Below, piece by piece: positions 7,530 to 16,205 of a stretch of 34,261 nucleotides of DNA. This DNA comes from an uncultured Thermodesulfobacteriota bacterium (GTDB lineage: Bacteria > Desulfobacterota > B13-G15 > RBG-16-54-18): NCBI GenBank assembly GCA_964519535.1, contig CAZFIR010000092.1, positions 1-34,261 on the forward strand. Reading direction: 5' to 3'. The position numbers and the translations under genes were made by a program. How positions within the stretch are numbered: the first letter of the stretch is position 1; every line of letters starts with the position of its first letter. The notes under the pieces were generated by a model. The model searched no databases. It saw nothing but the letters and a program-made list of their open reading frames with translations, and had not been told where the DNA came from.

Positions 7530-8333
7530 TCATGCAGACAGAGGTGAATCAGAAGGGGTCTTCCTTAGCACTGTCCCTCCTATCAATATCTCTTCCGCGA
7601 TGCGGAGGTGTATCACCTCAAATCCACCCTCTGCAAATTCCGACTTGACCTCATCCTCTTGTGAGAAGGCGTGGATGAACTCTATATTGTTTGAGAGCGT
7701 ATCACCCTTTTCATACCAGAGATTACCCAATGTGAAGAAGGCAACGACCTTTCTGACAAGCTCCCATAGATGTGCAGGTCCATCCTTTGTAGCCCAGCGG
7801 AACTGGCATATGAAATATCCCCCAGGTTTAAGGGCCTTGCCGATCCTCTGGAGCATCTCTACACGCCTGCCCCTGGTGGGGACGCAGGAATACATGGCTG
7901 CAGAGAGCCAGGCGACGTCGTAGGCCTCCGCAGGCACGTCAATCTTGGAGATTTCCTGAACAAGCCCTTCCATCTTCACCCCGTGGCGGCCAGCATTCTC
8001 CTTGGCCTTCTCGACCAGCGCGGGGACAAAGTCAACACCCGTTACCGCAAAGCCCATCTGTGTCAAGGGAATGGCCTCCCTTCCACCTCCCACACCGAGG
8101 AGGAGGAGTCTGCCTCCTGTTAGGTGAAGCCTCGCCAGAAGAGCTTGCTCATCGGGATGCAGGATCGGGTACGCCAGGTCTTGACGGCCACAGTCCTCCA
8201 CCATCTTCTCTCTTGCATAGGTTTGCCGACTGAACTCCACCAAATCATTGGGCCTCATCACCACAACGGCCAGAGACTGTATAAAACGACCAAAACGAAT
8301 CAGAAAACGTCCGAAGAGGATCCTCGGTCTCAT
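7530..8333 (-). CDS. Class I SAM-dependent methyltransferase
   Basis: LLLGVGGGRE motif I variant, VTGVDF, LKPGG. Confidence 0.85.
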   Translation of the reverse strand: MRPRILFGRFLIRFGRFIQSLAVVVMRPNDLVEFSRQTYAREKMVEDCGRQDLAYPILHPDEQALLARLHLTGGRLLLLGVGGGREAIPLTQMGFAVTGVDFVPALVEKAKENAGRHGVKMEGLVQEISKIDVPAEAYDVAWLSAAMYSCVPTRGRRVEMLQRIGKALKPGGYFICQFRWATKDGPAHLWELVRKVVAFFTLGNLWYEKGDTLSNNIEFIHAFSQEDEVKSEFAEGGFEVIHLRIAEEILIGGTVLRKTPSDSPLSA

Positions 8334-8377
8334 GGTTTCACTTTGATTTCCTGCTTTTTTTCATTGCGGCTTAGATA

Positions 8378-9613
8378 TCAACTCTTCGTGTAAGACCTGG
8401 CTACCGCATGGCTTGTCTTCGGGCTGGCAAGCTTGCCATCTGAAAAGTTTTGTATCCTTTCTTCCCAATCATCTATCTGCCAGGCTCGCTCGCCTTCGTC
8501 AAGCAACCCCAGGGCCCGCGCCTGCGCGTGCGCGATCTCGCAGTGATACTCTACCCGGGTATCCAGCGTTCCATGTTCCATCCATGACCGGGCTGGGCAC
8601 TGTTCGCAGAGGCCCTGCAAAAAACAGTGGGCACAGCGGGTGAGGTAGTCGTGGTTGTCGGTCTGTATCTTTCTTATCCTCGGAAAAAAATTTATCAGGG
8701 CATCTTTGAGCGAGCCTCTTTTTAGATCGTACACTGTGTCTGGGTGCCTCAGCAGCATGCACAACTGTAGATGTCCATAGGCATCCACGCATCCGCTCCT
8801 TACCCCTGCTCCACAGGAGAAGATGTTGCTCCCCGAGGGCCTGGTAAACTGAGAGCAGAACTCCCGCATCTCTTTCAGATATTCTTCGCGACGCCTGAAA
8901 AAGAATGCTACTGCCTCATCAGGTGAGAGTCTGAGCTTCTTAATAGAAATATTCTTTTGCCGGGAGTCGCGGCGAGCGCGAAGATCAAAAAAAATGGAGT
9001 AGGAAGTCACTGTATCCATCCAGGGGATGGTGGAGGCCCACGATTCAAACTCCTCTGTTTCTTCTCTGTTTGGTGGAAGAAGCGCGCCTTTGACCACAAA
9101 AGGAACCTTTTTCTCTAACAGCAAATGTATCCCTCGCCAGGCCGCTTCGAAAGAACCCGAAACCCTGGTAACAGACTCATAGGAACTCCTTTTCATCCCA
9201 TAGAGGGTGACCTCGATAGGCTGAAGAAGCGGGATGCGTGTAAATACCTTGGAGAGGGCGGGAGTGATCAACGTGGCGTTGGTAAGAAGGATCACGCGCA
9301 GGCCGAGTTTTCGGGTAAAGATGTAGAGGTCTTCAAAATCTTTTCTCAAGAGAGGTTCACCTCCCGTGAACCTCACTGTCAGACAGCCTAAGGAAGCAGC
9401 TTCTTGCAGAATCTCCTGTATCTCCTTTGTCGAGAGTTCCCGTTGTTGGGCATTAAGATCTGCCGCAGGCAGATTGATATAGCAGTGGATGCAGTTGTTG
9501 TTGCAGCGTTCAGTTAGCTCCATGTCAAGCGAGTCGAGAGCGGAAGCGTTACCTCTCCGCGGGGAGACCTCATCGGCCCTTATTTTAACGGCATAAGAAT
9601 CTTGATTGCCCAT
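8378..9613 (-). CDS. Radical SAM/SPASM peptide maturase (paralog 1)
   Basis: CNNNCIHC, TGGEP; SPASM CGAG...C...CAHC-x5-CEQC-x18-C; clear paralog of 5458-6600. Confidence 0.9.
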   Translation of the reverse strand: MGNQDSYAVKIRADEVSPRRGNASALDSLDMELTERCNNNCIHCYINLPAADLNAQQRELSTKEIQEILQEAASLGCLTVRFTGGEPLLRKDFEDLYIFTRKLGLRVILLTNATLITPALSKVFTRIPLLQPIEVTLYGMKRSSYESVTRVSGSFEAAWRGIHLLLEKKVPFVVKGALLPPNREETEEFESWASTIPWMDTVTSYSIFFDLRARRDSRQKNISIKKLRLSPDEAVAFFFRRREEYLKEMREFCSQFTRPSGSNIFSCGAGVRSGCVDAYGHLQLCMLLRHPDTVYDLKRGSLKDALINFFPRIRKIQTDNHDYLTRCAHCFLQGLCEQCPARSWMEHGTLDTRVEYHCEIAHAQARALGLLDEGERAWQIDDWEERIQNFSDGKLASPKTSHAVARSYTKS

Positions 9614-9664
9614 TATTTTTCGACCCTAAATGCAAAAAAAAGTCAGGGATCAACATCAATATAG

Positions 9665-10672
9665 TTACAGGTGCCTTAAAAGGTCTATGACGTCGCCATC
9701 TTTAGTAAAGTGGAGGAAATAACAGGGGACTTCATGGGCAATCCGGTCCACCAAGGCAAGCATCTGCTCCCACCAATCGGCCGTGCCCAGGGGTTTTATC
9801 AGGCAGGCCAGGAGCATTCCGATGATCTCTTGCTTGTGATCAAGGGGCATGAGACGGTTTTCCCTGTCCTGCTTCAGAAAAAGAATGGCCTTTAATGGGG
9901 CGGCGTCTGCCGAAACATCAGGGACATCACCGTGACTCCAGGTCCCGTGGATTTTGAAGCCCTTTGGCCATCGTCTGACAATTATTCGGTCATCGCACAG
10001 GACCTTTGCTTTATCCTGCAACATCATTACCATGGTGGACTTGCCTGCATCCGAATGACCGACGAAGAGTATGCCCTTGCCGTCAAGCACCACGCCGCTG
10101 GCATGGATATAACAGCCCTCCCTGTCGGCAAGAACCCTGGCAAGGAGGATCTGGTCGGTGGGAAAGAGGGTGAGGGAGTGGAGGTTGCCCTTGCGAAAGG
10201 CCCTTTCCGTTTTGTTGTAAACCTTGATATCGCTATAGTCATGGTTAAATACCGCGAGTTGGTGGATGTTGCTTTCTATAACAGAGCCTGAAGGGGAAGA
10301 TCCCATTTGTTTTGATTTTTGGCGAGACCTTTGATATAAGCGGTGCCGTATTCTGGGCCACAGACGATTAATCGCGCCCCCCACATCCCCTGAAATCCCG
10401 GCGTAGAACCAGGAAGCCCCCTTTTTGTAAATGGCCCAAGGGGGCTTGCGATAGACCTCTTTTCCTATATCCCAATTGCGTAGATCCGGTATGGAGAAGT
10501 GATGTCTGATGGTAATGGTATCCTTCCCCGGTCTATTCACCTCGAAGTGTTTAAACTTGGGATGGAAGGTGGTATCTGTTATGGGCAAATCCGCTTCCAG
10601 TCTGATGGTGATACCGGCAATGTGATAGTAGCGGTGGTCCAATGCCTGAGTTTTTTCCGCCATCCTTTGCAT
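9665..10672 (-). CDS. HprK-related P-loop kinase-like protein
   Basis: IHASGVVLDGKGILFVGHSDAGKST...VLCDD: His, Walker A and DD arrangement typical of HPr kinase-like domains. Confidence 0.72.
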   Translation of the reverse strand: MQRMAEKTQALDHRYYHIAGITIRLEADLPITDTTFHPKFKHFEVNRPGKDTITIRHHFSIPDLRNWDIGKEVYRKPPWAIYKKGASWFYAGISGDVGGAINRLWPRIRHRLYQRSRQKSKQMGSSPSGSVIESNIHQLAVFNHDYSDIKVYNKTERAFRKGNLHSLTLFPTDQILLARVLADREGCYIHASGVVLDGKGILFVGHSDAGKSTMVMMLQDKAKVLCDDRIIVRRWPKGFKIHGTWSHGDVPDVSADAAPLKAILFLKQDRENRLMPLDHKQEIIGMLLACLIKPLGTADWWEQMLALVDRIAHEVPCYFLHFTKDGDVIDLLRHL

Positions 10673-10740
10673 TCTCCCCTATTGTTAGCTGAGGCCGGCT
10701 ATTTACATTTAATGTCTTAAAAATTATGTAATTTGTTACA

Positions 10741-10769
10741 ATTTTATCACATAATTTGCTTGACTGCAA
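10741..10769 (-). promoter_or_regulatory. Sigma70-type promoter of the RiPP maturase operon, overlapped by a 9-bp inverted repeat
   Basis: Minus strand TTGCAG-17 bp-TAAAAT with TG extension; AAATTATGT (10721-10729) / ACATAATTT (10749-10757) inverted repeat. Confidence 0.55.
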
Positions 10770-10836
10770 GGCGTGCAAGAGTCAACAGGTCAACCAACGC
10801 AAAATGATCTCACCCGTCTTCCATTCGTGACCTTGA

Positions 10837-11667
10837 TCACGCAAGGGCATCCTTCAGGAGCTTAAGGCACTTCTTCAATCTATCGCCGATAATCTTGAGG
10901 GAGATGCCCTGCGGGAAGAATATTTCATTCAAGGCCGCGCTCTTTTTTTTCGACTGGAAAAGAAAGAGGAGGTCGCCGAAGTTCTGATTGGACTTTCCCC
11001 CCTTGATCCTCTTCAGAATCCATCGCTCTCCAAAGGAGAGGTTTCCATTCCAGGATGGGAAGAGGTCCGAGCGTAGGAAGCTGAGATAATACAGTGTCCG
11101 CTCCGCCCCCATCTTTTTGGCCTCGGAGAGTATTGCCTCGTCGGAGAGCCCATAGTATTCTTTTATCCGCTTCAGATCCTCCCATCCCATCTGAGAGCCG
11201 AAGGAGTGGCTCTGGAGGTGGATAGCGGTGGAGATGAAGAGGTGTGTGGGGCAGGGTATCTTGACCTCCATGCCTTCCAGTTTTATGGTGATGCTCCTTT
11301 CAAAGACATCCTTGACGGAAATCGTGAGACAGGAGCGTTCAAGGATGGTGCGGGAAGGATTGAGGAAGGAGGTGTGTAGGTCGAGGAGAAGGCCTGGCTT
11401 ATCGAAGACCCCCGGCTCTATCTCCTCAAACCCCATCCCTTTCAAGCCCTTTTTGAGCAGTGCAATATCCCTTTCCCGGACCAAGACGTCCACGTCGAGC
11501 ATTCCCCGATCCCCCAGAGAGGGGTAGACATCGCCGAGGAGGCTTACCCCTCTGAAAAAGAGGACCTCAGGTCCTTTCTTTTTCAGGCCCTCGATTACTT
11601 CTTTGAGGTGGTGGATGGTGATGAGATTTTGGGAGGCCGTTGCATAAAAAGAGATTGCCCTTTTCAT
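10837..11667 (-). CDS. Nucleotidyltransferase family protein (NTP_transf_5-like)
   Basis: FRGVSL..VYP..GDRGMLDVDVLV...LDLH...HLQSHSF; start ATG at 11667 overlaps the GT4 stop (ATGA). Confidence 0.8.
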   Translation of the reverse strand: MKRAISFYATASQNLITIHHLKEVIEGLKKKGPEVLFFRGVSLLGDVYPSLGDRGMLDVDVLVRERDIALLKKGLKGMGFEEIEPGVFDKPGLLLDLHTSFLNPSRTILERSCLTISVKDVFERSITIKLEGMEVKIPCPTHLFISTAIHLQSHSFGSQMGWEDLKRIKEYYGLSDEAILSEAKKMGAERTLYYLSFLRSDLFPSWNGNLSFGERWILKRIKGGKSNQNFGDLLFLFQSKKKSAALNEIFFPQGISLKIIGDRLKKCLKLLKDALA

Positions 11668-12791
11668 CTGGTGTTTTCTACGACTTGATGGTAGATATCG
11701 AGGGTTTTCTGAAGGCATACGTTCCAGTCGAAGAGGGTCTCAACCCGCCTTCTGCCTTTTTTCCCTATCTGTTTCCTGAGATCGGGCGCATTGATGAGCC
11801 GGATAGTTTCCTGCGCAAGAGCTTTTGTATCTTCGGGCTTTACCAGGATGCCTCCCTCACCCACCACCTCGGGCAGCCCCCCTACAGACGTTGCAATGAC
11901 GGGCTTGGCAGAGGCCATGGCCTCTACAGCGGCTAGGTTGAACCCGTCATTGAGGGATGGAATGATAAGGAGATCAAGGGCGGCGATGACATCGGGGATG
12001 TCCTTACGGTGGCCCACAAAGTGAAAATGAGGTAGCCCCTGTGTTTTTTTGATCAACTCCTCTTTCATGGGGCCATCCCCTGCCATGATGAAGTGGGTCT
12101 GGGGAAGGGTGCGCCCTATGCTCATGACCGCCTCGACAAAGAGGTGAGGTCCTTTTACCTCCTCCAATCTCCCCACAAAGCCCACGAGAGGAACCTGCCT
12201 TTTTATCTGTAATTCATTCCTTACCTTTTTTTCATCGCCAGGAAACCGTTGCAGATTTATTCCATTAAAAATGGTGACCACCTTTTTCGCGTCGCCGATT
12301 CCCCTCTTCAGGTATTCACGGCGTTCGTCTTCGGAGATGGTGATGATCCTGGCACAGAATCGGGCAACCAGTTGCTCGAGCAAGACGTAGAATCGCTCTT
12401 TTCCCTTTTCGAAATATCCGTAAAAGAGGTGGCCGTGGGGGGTATGTATCGTCCTGGTGCGGGTCACTCCCCCTGCCACCCTCCCCAATACCCCCGCCTT
12501 GGTGGTATGGGTATGCAGGAGTGTTGGTCTCTCTCGGCGGATGAGGGCAATGATCTCGAAGAAGGCAAGGAGATCATGCACAGGAGCGATATCGCGGCGC
12601 AGATGGGGTAGGGGATGATAGGGTATGTGAAATCTCCGGGAGAACTGTTGTGGGTCTTCCTCGGGCTGGCGGGAGGGTCCAGAGGCCATGACGATATCGA
12701 CCCCCTGTTGCTTGAGGCCTTTGAGCAGTTTTAGAAATATCCAGGGTGCCCCGCCCTGATCCAATCTAGTTATCAGGTGTAGGACCTTCAC
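11664..12791 (-). CDS. Glycosyltransferase family 4
   Basis: VLHLITRLDQGGA, LHTHTTKAG, GRLEEVKG, DGFNLAAVEAMA. Confidence 0.9.
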   Translation of the reverse strand: MKVLHLITRLDQGGAPWIFLKLLKGLKQQGVDIVMASGPSRQPEEDPQQFSRRFHIPYHPLPHLRRDIAPVHDLLAFFEIIALIRRERPTLLHTHTTKAGVLGRVAGGVTRTRTIHTPHGHLFYGYFEKGKERFYVLLEQLVARFCARIITISEDERREYLKRGIGDAKKVVTIFNGINLQRFPGDEKKVRNELQIKRQVPLVGFVGRLEEVKGPHLFVEAVMSIGRTLPQTHFIMAGDGPMKEELIKKTQGLPHFHFVGHRKDIPDVIAALDLLIIPSLNDGFNLAAVEAMASAKPVIATSVGGLPEVVGEGGILVKPEDTKALAQETIRLINAPDLRKQIGKKGRRRVETLFDWNVCLQKTLDIYHQVVENTR

Positions 12792-13837
12792 CCGCCCTTT
12801 TCTCTCTTCATCCTGCGGGTGGCCGCTATCTCCAAGATCGTCGCAAAGGAGAGGATGGCCAGGGCCTGCAGGAGGAGGACCCAGAAGTAGTCCGGGGCCA
12901 TCTTGATCAACAGGGCGTTCATCCCCAAGGCGATGGCCAGCAAATAGATGGTGAGCACCGTCTTGGTCTTGGATCCCAAGAGGTAATGGAGACGGTGATG
13001 GAGGTGGTCCTTTCCCGTGTACTCGAGAAGTTCTCGTAGGCTACCAACTTCCCTCATGATGATCCTGCGCAGATTGATATAGGCCATGTCGTAGATGACC
13101 ACGGCGAAGATCAACAGGGGGGCTGCGAGGGACGGCAAGAGCATCATCTCCGACCATTCGGCCAAGACCGCGAGAGAGGCAATGACGAAGCCTAAGACGT
13201 TGCTTCCGGTATCACCCAAGAAAATGGTTGCCCCCTTTTCCCCTCGAAAGTTATAGGGGAGAAAGCCAAGGCAGATGCCGATGATCATCAAACAGATGGG
13301 CAGCATATGGGACGATCCCATCTGGAGAAAGATGATGGAGAAGAGAAGGGCGAAAATAATGCTGAGACCTGCCGCCAGTCCATCCATGCCATCTATGAAG
13401 TTGACAGCATTGGTAATCCCCACAAGCCAGAGAACCGTCAGTGTGTAATTGAGGGTTGTACCCCACAGGGTCTTGGGGAAGATGACAATCGATACACCGA
13501 AGGCGATGAGGATGCCGGCAGCAGCAATTTGGGAAAGTAGCTTGGCTACAGCTGGCAGCTCTCTGGTATCGTCCCAGATTCCCACCACGAAGATGAAGCC
13601 CGCGGCGATGAGCAGACCCAAGATTTCCCCCTGTGGTTTTGTGAGCACGATTGCTGATAGGATGAACGAGATGAAGATGGCCCACCCGCCGGTCTTGGGC
13701 GTGGGGACGGTGTGGACCCGGCGCTGCTCAGGCATATCCATGATACCCCACCGTGTTCCCAACCATCTCGCCAGGGGGGTGAGAAGCAGCGAGAGAAGCA
13801 AGGGCATGATGAGTGCCGCGAAGAATTCTTTAACCAT
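12788..13837 (-). CDS. MraY/WecA family polyprenyl-phosphate sugar-1-phosphate transferase
   Basis: DMP..RRVH..PTP..GG, GIWDD, NAVNFIDGMDGL, FLGDTGS, HLHH; multiple hydrophobic segments. Confidence 0.92.
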   Translation of the reverse strand: MVKEFFAALIMPLLLSLLLTPLARWLGTRWGIMDMPEQRRVHTVPTPKTGGWAIFISFILSAIVLTKPQGEILGLLIAAGFIFVVGIWDDTRELPAVAKLLSQIAAAGILIAFGVSIVIFPKTLWGTTLNYTLTVLWLVGITNAVNFIDGMDGLAAGLSIIFALLFSIIFLQMGSSHMLPICLMIIGICLGFLPYNFRGEKGATIFLGDTGSNVLGFVIASLAVLAEWSEMMLLPSLAAPLLIFAVVIYDMAYINLRRIIMREVGSLRELLEYTGKDHLHHRLHYLLGSKTKTVLTIYLLAIALGMNALLIKMAPDYFWVLLLQALAILSFATILEIAATRRMKREKGG

Positions 13838-13842
13838 GCAGA

Positions 13843-14895
13843 TCAGCCTTTCATAGCATTCATGGCCCTGCCGAGGTGCTCGGCGGCATACCGTACCTCC
13901 GCAGCATTGAGGTGGGGATAGATGGGGAGGGACAATGCCTCGGAGAAGGCCTTGTCGGTGATATCGAAGCCCCCAAGGCCGAGATATCGATGGAGAGGGG
14001 AAAAGACCGGCCGTTGCGCCTCGATACCGTTCTGATGCAGATTCTCTAAGATCGTCTGTAACATCCCCTTTTTTATCTTTACTACATAGCGATAATATAT
14101 GCCCTTTTGTGTGGGTAGCACGACCCCCTCAAGGCCGCCCAAATGCTTTTCGTACCATTGGGCCCGTTTCTTTCTTTCTTTAAGAAAGGAAGGGAGTTTC
14201 GCAAGCTGTAACTGGCCCATCCTTCCCTGTAAATCGGTCATGCAATAATTATACCTTGTTTTGTACTCATCTTTTTTATCATATTCACGCATATCCCGCA
14301 TTTTTTCCAGCAGTCCCTCATTCCGGGAAACCGCCATCCCCCCCTGACCGGTGGTAATAACCTTGGTCGCGTAGAAGGAGATCATAGCTATCTCACCCGC
14401 GGTCCCCGTCATTGTTCCGTGGCATGAAGCACCGAGCGATTGGGCGCAGTCCTCTATGACAGGCGGTCCTAAAGCAAGAAAATCATCCATGTTTTCAACG
14501 GGATGCCCAAACATGTGTGGGATGATAATTGCAGCGGTCTTTTTTGTGAGGGCCTTTCGTGTCGCGGCAAGGGAGATGTTCATCTGCTCTTCATCGATAT
14601 CCACTACCACGGGCGTTGCCCGGCAATAGTTTACGGCGTTGAGGAGGGCGCTGCAGGTAAAGCTGGGGATGATCACCTCGTCCTCCGCTTTGATACCGAG
14701 CGCCAACAGGCTCAGGTGTAAGGCAGCGGTTCCTGATGAAGTGGCGACCCCCCCCCTGAGGCCCAGGTATGAGGCCATCTCCTGTTCAAACCTTGCTACC
14801 TCCTCGCCGGTGGCGATCCTTCCTGAGGCGAGGACTTCCCGGAGGCCGCGAGCCTCCTCGTTGCCCAGAGTCGGCATAGAATGGGGTATTTTCAT
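13843..14895 (-). CDS. DegT/DnrJ/EryC1/StrS family PLP-dependent sugar aminotransferase
   Basis: SSGTAALHL, IEDCAQS, SFYATKVITTGQGG, LSLPIYP. Confidence 0.92.
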   Translation of the reverse strand: MKIPHSMPTLGNEEARGLREVLASGRIATGEEVARFEQEMASYLGLRGGVATSSGTAALHLSLLALGIKAEDEVIIPSFTCSALLNAVNYCRATPVVVDIDEEQMNISLAATRKALTKKTAAIIIPHMFGHPVENMDDFLALGPPVIEDCAQSLGASCHGTMTGTAGEIAMISFYATKVITTGQGGMAVSRNEGLLEKMRDMREYDKKDEYKTRYNYCMTDLQGRMGQLQLAKLPSFLKERKKRAQWYEKHLGGLEGVVLPTQKGIYYRYVVKIKKGMLQTILENLHQNGIEAQRPVFSPLHRYLGLGGFDITDKAFSEALSLPIYPHLNAAEVRYAAEHLGRAMNAMKG

Positions 14896-15503
14896 GGTAG
14901 GAAGTAGCGGAGGGGGGCGAAGCCTTCGGCGAAGGTTACTCTGGCCAGCGTACCGCGGAAGCGGGCCGTTGCGATGGCGATGTCTACGATATTGGAACCG
15001 GGGATGTTGGTCTTATGCAATTGGGAGGTGTGGGCCTCCAGACATTTGATCTTTTTCTCCAATGTTTCCTCGATGTCTGCGAAGATCAGGGGATTGAAGC
15101 CGATGGACGTGGGGGTTTCGTAGAAGATGACGTTGGGGGTATACCTGGTAGCGGAGACGGCAGCCTTGGCGAGACGGACGTGATCCTGATGGGTGTCCTC
15201 GGGGTAGTTCACCATTACCAGCGAAGGCTGCACATCTCGCAGAAATCCCTCCAGCAGATCTATCAAGGGCTTATCGAAGATGATGAGGGTGTCCTGATAC
15301 CCTCCCCAGAGCAGCTTTTGTGCCCCCATGATCTCGGTGGATATCTCCTGTTCTCTTTTTCTTACCTGAGGATCACCTCCCATGGCCCCATCTGCAACCA
15401 CCAAGAGATATACTTCATTGTCCTCCTGGCTGTATTGAGCGAGGGAACCTGCGCATCCAAACTCGATATCGTCGGGATGAGCCCCGATAGCTAATACTTT
15501 CAT
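14892..15503 (-). CDS. PIG-L/LmbE family deacetylase
   Basis: AHPDDIE, R..E, DTHQDH, HTSQ. Confidence 0.9.
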   Translation of the reverse strand: MKVLAIGAHPDDIEFGCAGSLAQYSQEDNEVYLLVVADGAMGGDPQVRKREQEISTEIMGAQKLLWGGYQDTLIIFDKPLIDLLEGFLRDVQPSLVMVNYPEDTHQDHVRLAKAAVSATRYTPNVIFYETPTSIGFNPLIFADIEETLEKKIKCLEAHTSQLHKTNIPGSNIVDIAIATARFRGTLARVTFAEGFAPLRYFLP

Positions 15504-16183
15504 ACCTTACCCTCCAAGACGTTCAAAGAATCCGGGCCACAATTGAAAAGGAGATCAAGGAGTGACAGATTGGGGATAAAATCACCATAAAGTTGCGGGT
15601 AGACAGGGTGTTTAAATTCCTGGAATATCACCGTAATCTCCTTTTGATGGAAGGGTTCGAGATGGAGATATTCTCTTCCCCCAGCCCCGGAAAGATAGGT
15701 GTCAGCCCCCAAGAATTCACAGATGGCGGCAAGTCTCTCGGAAGGCTCCTCTGGGAATTCCTCCAGCTCAGAGGCAACTTTTATCTCCCGCTGCACCCCC
15801 AACATATTCAGGAGCAGAAGGACACCTGCTCTATTAACCTCTGAGAGCGATGCCGCATCGTGTGCGTAGAATTCTTCCAACGATGGGAAGAGGCCGCGAC
15901 AATAAGGGGCCTTTTGATAGTTGATTTCCAAGGCCCTGATGTGCTTCTTCCGCCAATCCACCCTGTTGTTGATTTTCACCTCATCGATGTGCTCAGGATA
16001 CTTGTACGACACGGGTACGGTGAGCCACATCCACCCCTGGGCCGTCTTTATTTTATTTCTGTTTTGAAACTCATTCTTCTTAAACTGGACAGTATCGAGG
16101 AAGACAAAGATATCACTCCTAACGATCTTGTCAAAATACCCCAACCACGGCATAAATTGTGGTTGATGTATAGCCACGATCAT
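15500..16183 (-). CDS. WbqC family protein
   Basis: IHQPQFMPWLGYF, DTVQF..QNRNKI, YLSGAGG, YPQ..F.PNLS.LDLLFN.G. Confidence 0.92.
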   Translation of the reverse strand: MIVAIHQPQFMPWLGYFDKIVRSDIFVFLDTVQFKKNEFQNRNKIKTAQGWMWLTVPVSYKYPEHIDEVKINNRVDWRKKHIRALEINYQKAPYCRGLFPSLEEFYAHDAASLSEVNRAGVLLLLNMLGVQREIKVASELEEFPEEPSERLAAICEFLGADTYLSGAGGREYLHLEPFHQKEITVIFQEFKHPVYPQLYGDFIPNLSLLDLLFNCGPDSLNVLEGKV

Positions 16184-16205
16184 GTTAGAAAATTAACAGA
16201 AAAGG

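Noticed and set aside
7172-9613. PQQ biosynthesis (pqqD/pqqE)
   Set aside because: No pqqB/pqqC, and the peptides lack the ExxxY core of PqqA.
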